In this document: positions 63,223 to 64,000 of the stretch, piece after piece
Layout: every line of letters begins with the position of its first letter
Numbering within the stretch: position 1 is the first letter of the stretch
Assembly: GCF_006345805.1 (NCBI RefSeq)
Contig: NC_043005.1
Location: 13,144,001 to 13,208,000 of the forward strand
Origin: Octopus sinensis
Taxonomy: Eukaryota
Length of the DNA stretch: 64,000 bases
Direction: 5' to 3'
Notes under the pieces: model-generated
Seen by the model: the letters and a program-made list of their open reading frames with translations, nothing else
Databases searched by the model: none
Told to the model about the DNA's origin: nothing
Program-made: the position numbers and the translations under genes

Positions 63223-63448
63223 TTAACTATTTAGCATTTAAACCAGCCATATCCTACCAGAATATTCTTCCTGTTTTATGTTCGAACCAGCCAGATCAGG
63301 CCTCTTACTCTTACCCTACAATGTCGTTCTAAAAATAAACAATCACATCATTGAAATCTCAAAGCTATGAGATAATGCATGATTAATTCAAAACAATGCG
63401 AATGAATAACCATTACATTTGACTCTATTCTGAATGCTAAAGGGTTAA
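63223..63448. mobile_element. Second piggyBac-like MITE family (TTAA target), inserted between SINE A pieces
   Basis: Right end GAATGCTAAAGGG|TTAA, degenerate left TIR; related fragment near 55720-55858. Confidence 0.6.
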
Positions 63449-63450
63449 AA

Positions 63451-63848
63451 TCTTTTACTTGTTTCAGTCATTTGACTTCGGCCATGCTGGAGCACCGCCT
63501 TTAATCGAGCAACTCGACCCCGGGACTTATTCTTTTGTAAGCCCAGTACTTATTCTATCGGTCTCTTTTGCCGAACTGCTAAGTATCGGGGACATAAACA
63601 CACCAGCATCGGTTGTCAAGCAATGCTAGGGGGACAAACAAAGACGTACAAACACACACACGCATATATATATACATATATACGACGGGCTTCTTTCAGT
63701 TTCCGTCTACCAAATGCACTCACGAGGCTTTGGTCGGCCCGAAGCTATAGTAGAAGACACTTGCCCAAGGTGCCACGCAGTGGGACTGAACCCGGAACCA
63801 TGTGGTTGGTAAACAAGCTACTTACCACACAGCCACTCCTGCGCCTAT
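63451..63848 (-). mobile_element. SINE family A, full length
   Basis: Complete head and tail. Confidence 0.88.
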
Positions 63849-64000
63849 ACGTGCCAGAAAATTGCAAAATAACCATTGTGGCTGAACTCACAGTGCTCTG
63901 AGAGGACAAACTTAACATTTCTTACCAACTGAAGAAAGCTAAATATCAGGAGTTGGTGAAAGAGGTGCTTCTCAAAGAATGGCATTTTTCTCATTCCCTA

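Overview
AT-rich, repeat-dense eukaryotic DNA. The SINE and microsatellite content suggests an octopus/coleoid cephalopod (inferred from repeat style, not proven). One protein-coding segment is supported: the large terminal exon (56533-57614, +) of an IRF2BP/IRF2BPL-family gene, with the conserved central block, NLS and C-terminal C3HC4 RING. No upstream exon was recognised, so roughly 1-56532 is probably one intron of at least 56 kb. It holds four tRNA-headed SINE families (my labels A, B, D, L), many 5'-truncated RTE-LINE 3' ends (label C), Helitron, Tc1/mariner and piggyBac-like MITEs, and long microsatellites. After the exon lie about 5.8 kb free of these SINE/RTE families (putative 3' UTR). 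The most unusual signal is a set of short retroelement-like repeats carrying minimal type-I hammerhead ribozyme motifs. Two are complete (9156-9201 -, 46435-46479 +) and several are variant or decayed. One such family also occurs as 122-127 bp fold-back hairpins, and an unrelated repeat forms a third fold-back. This resembles Penelope-type pseudo-LTR or retrozyme remnants inside a probable pre-mRNA. Family labels are mine, superfamily assignments are by eye, and repeat boundaries are approximate to a few bp unless a TSD or TIR is given.
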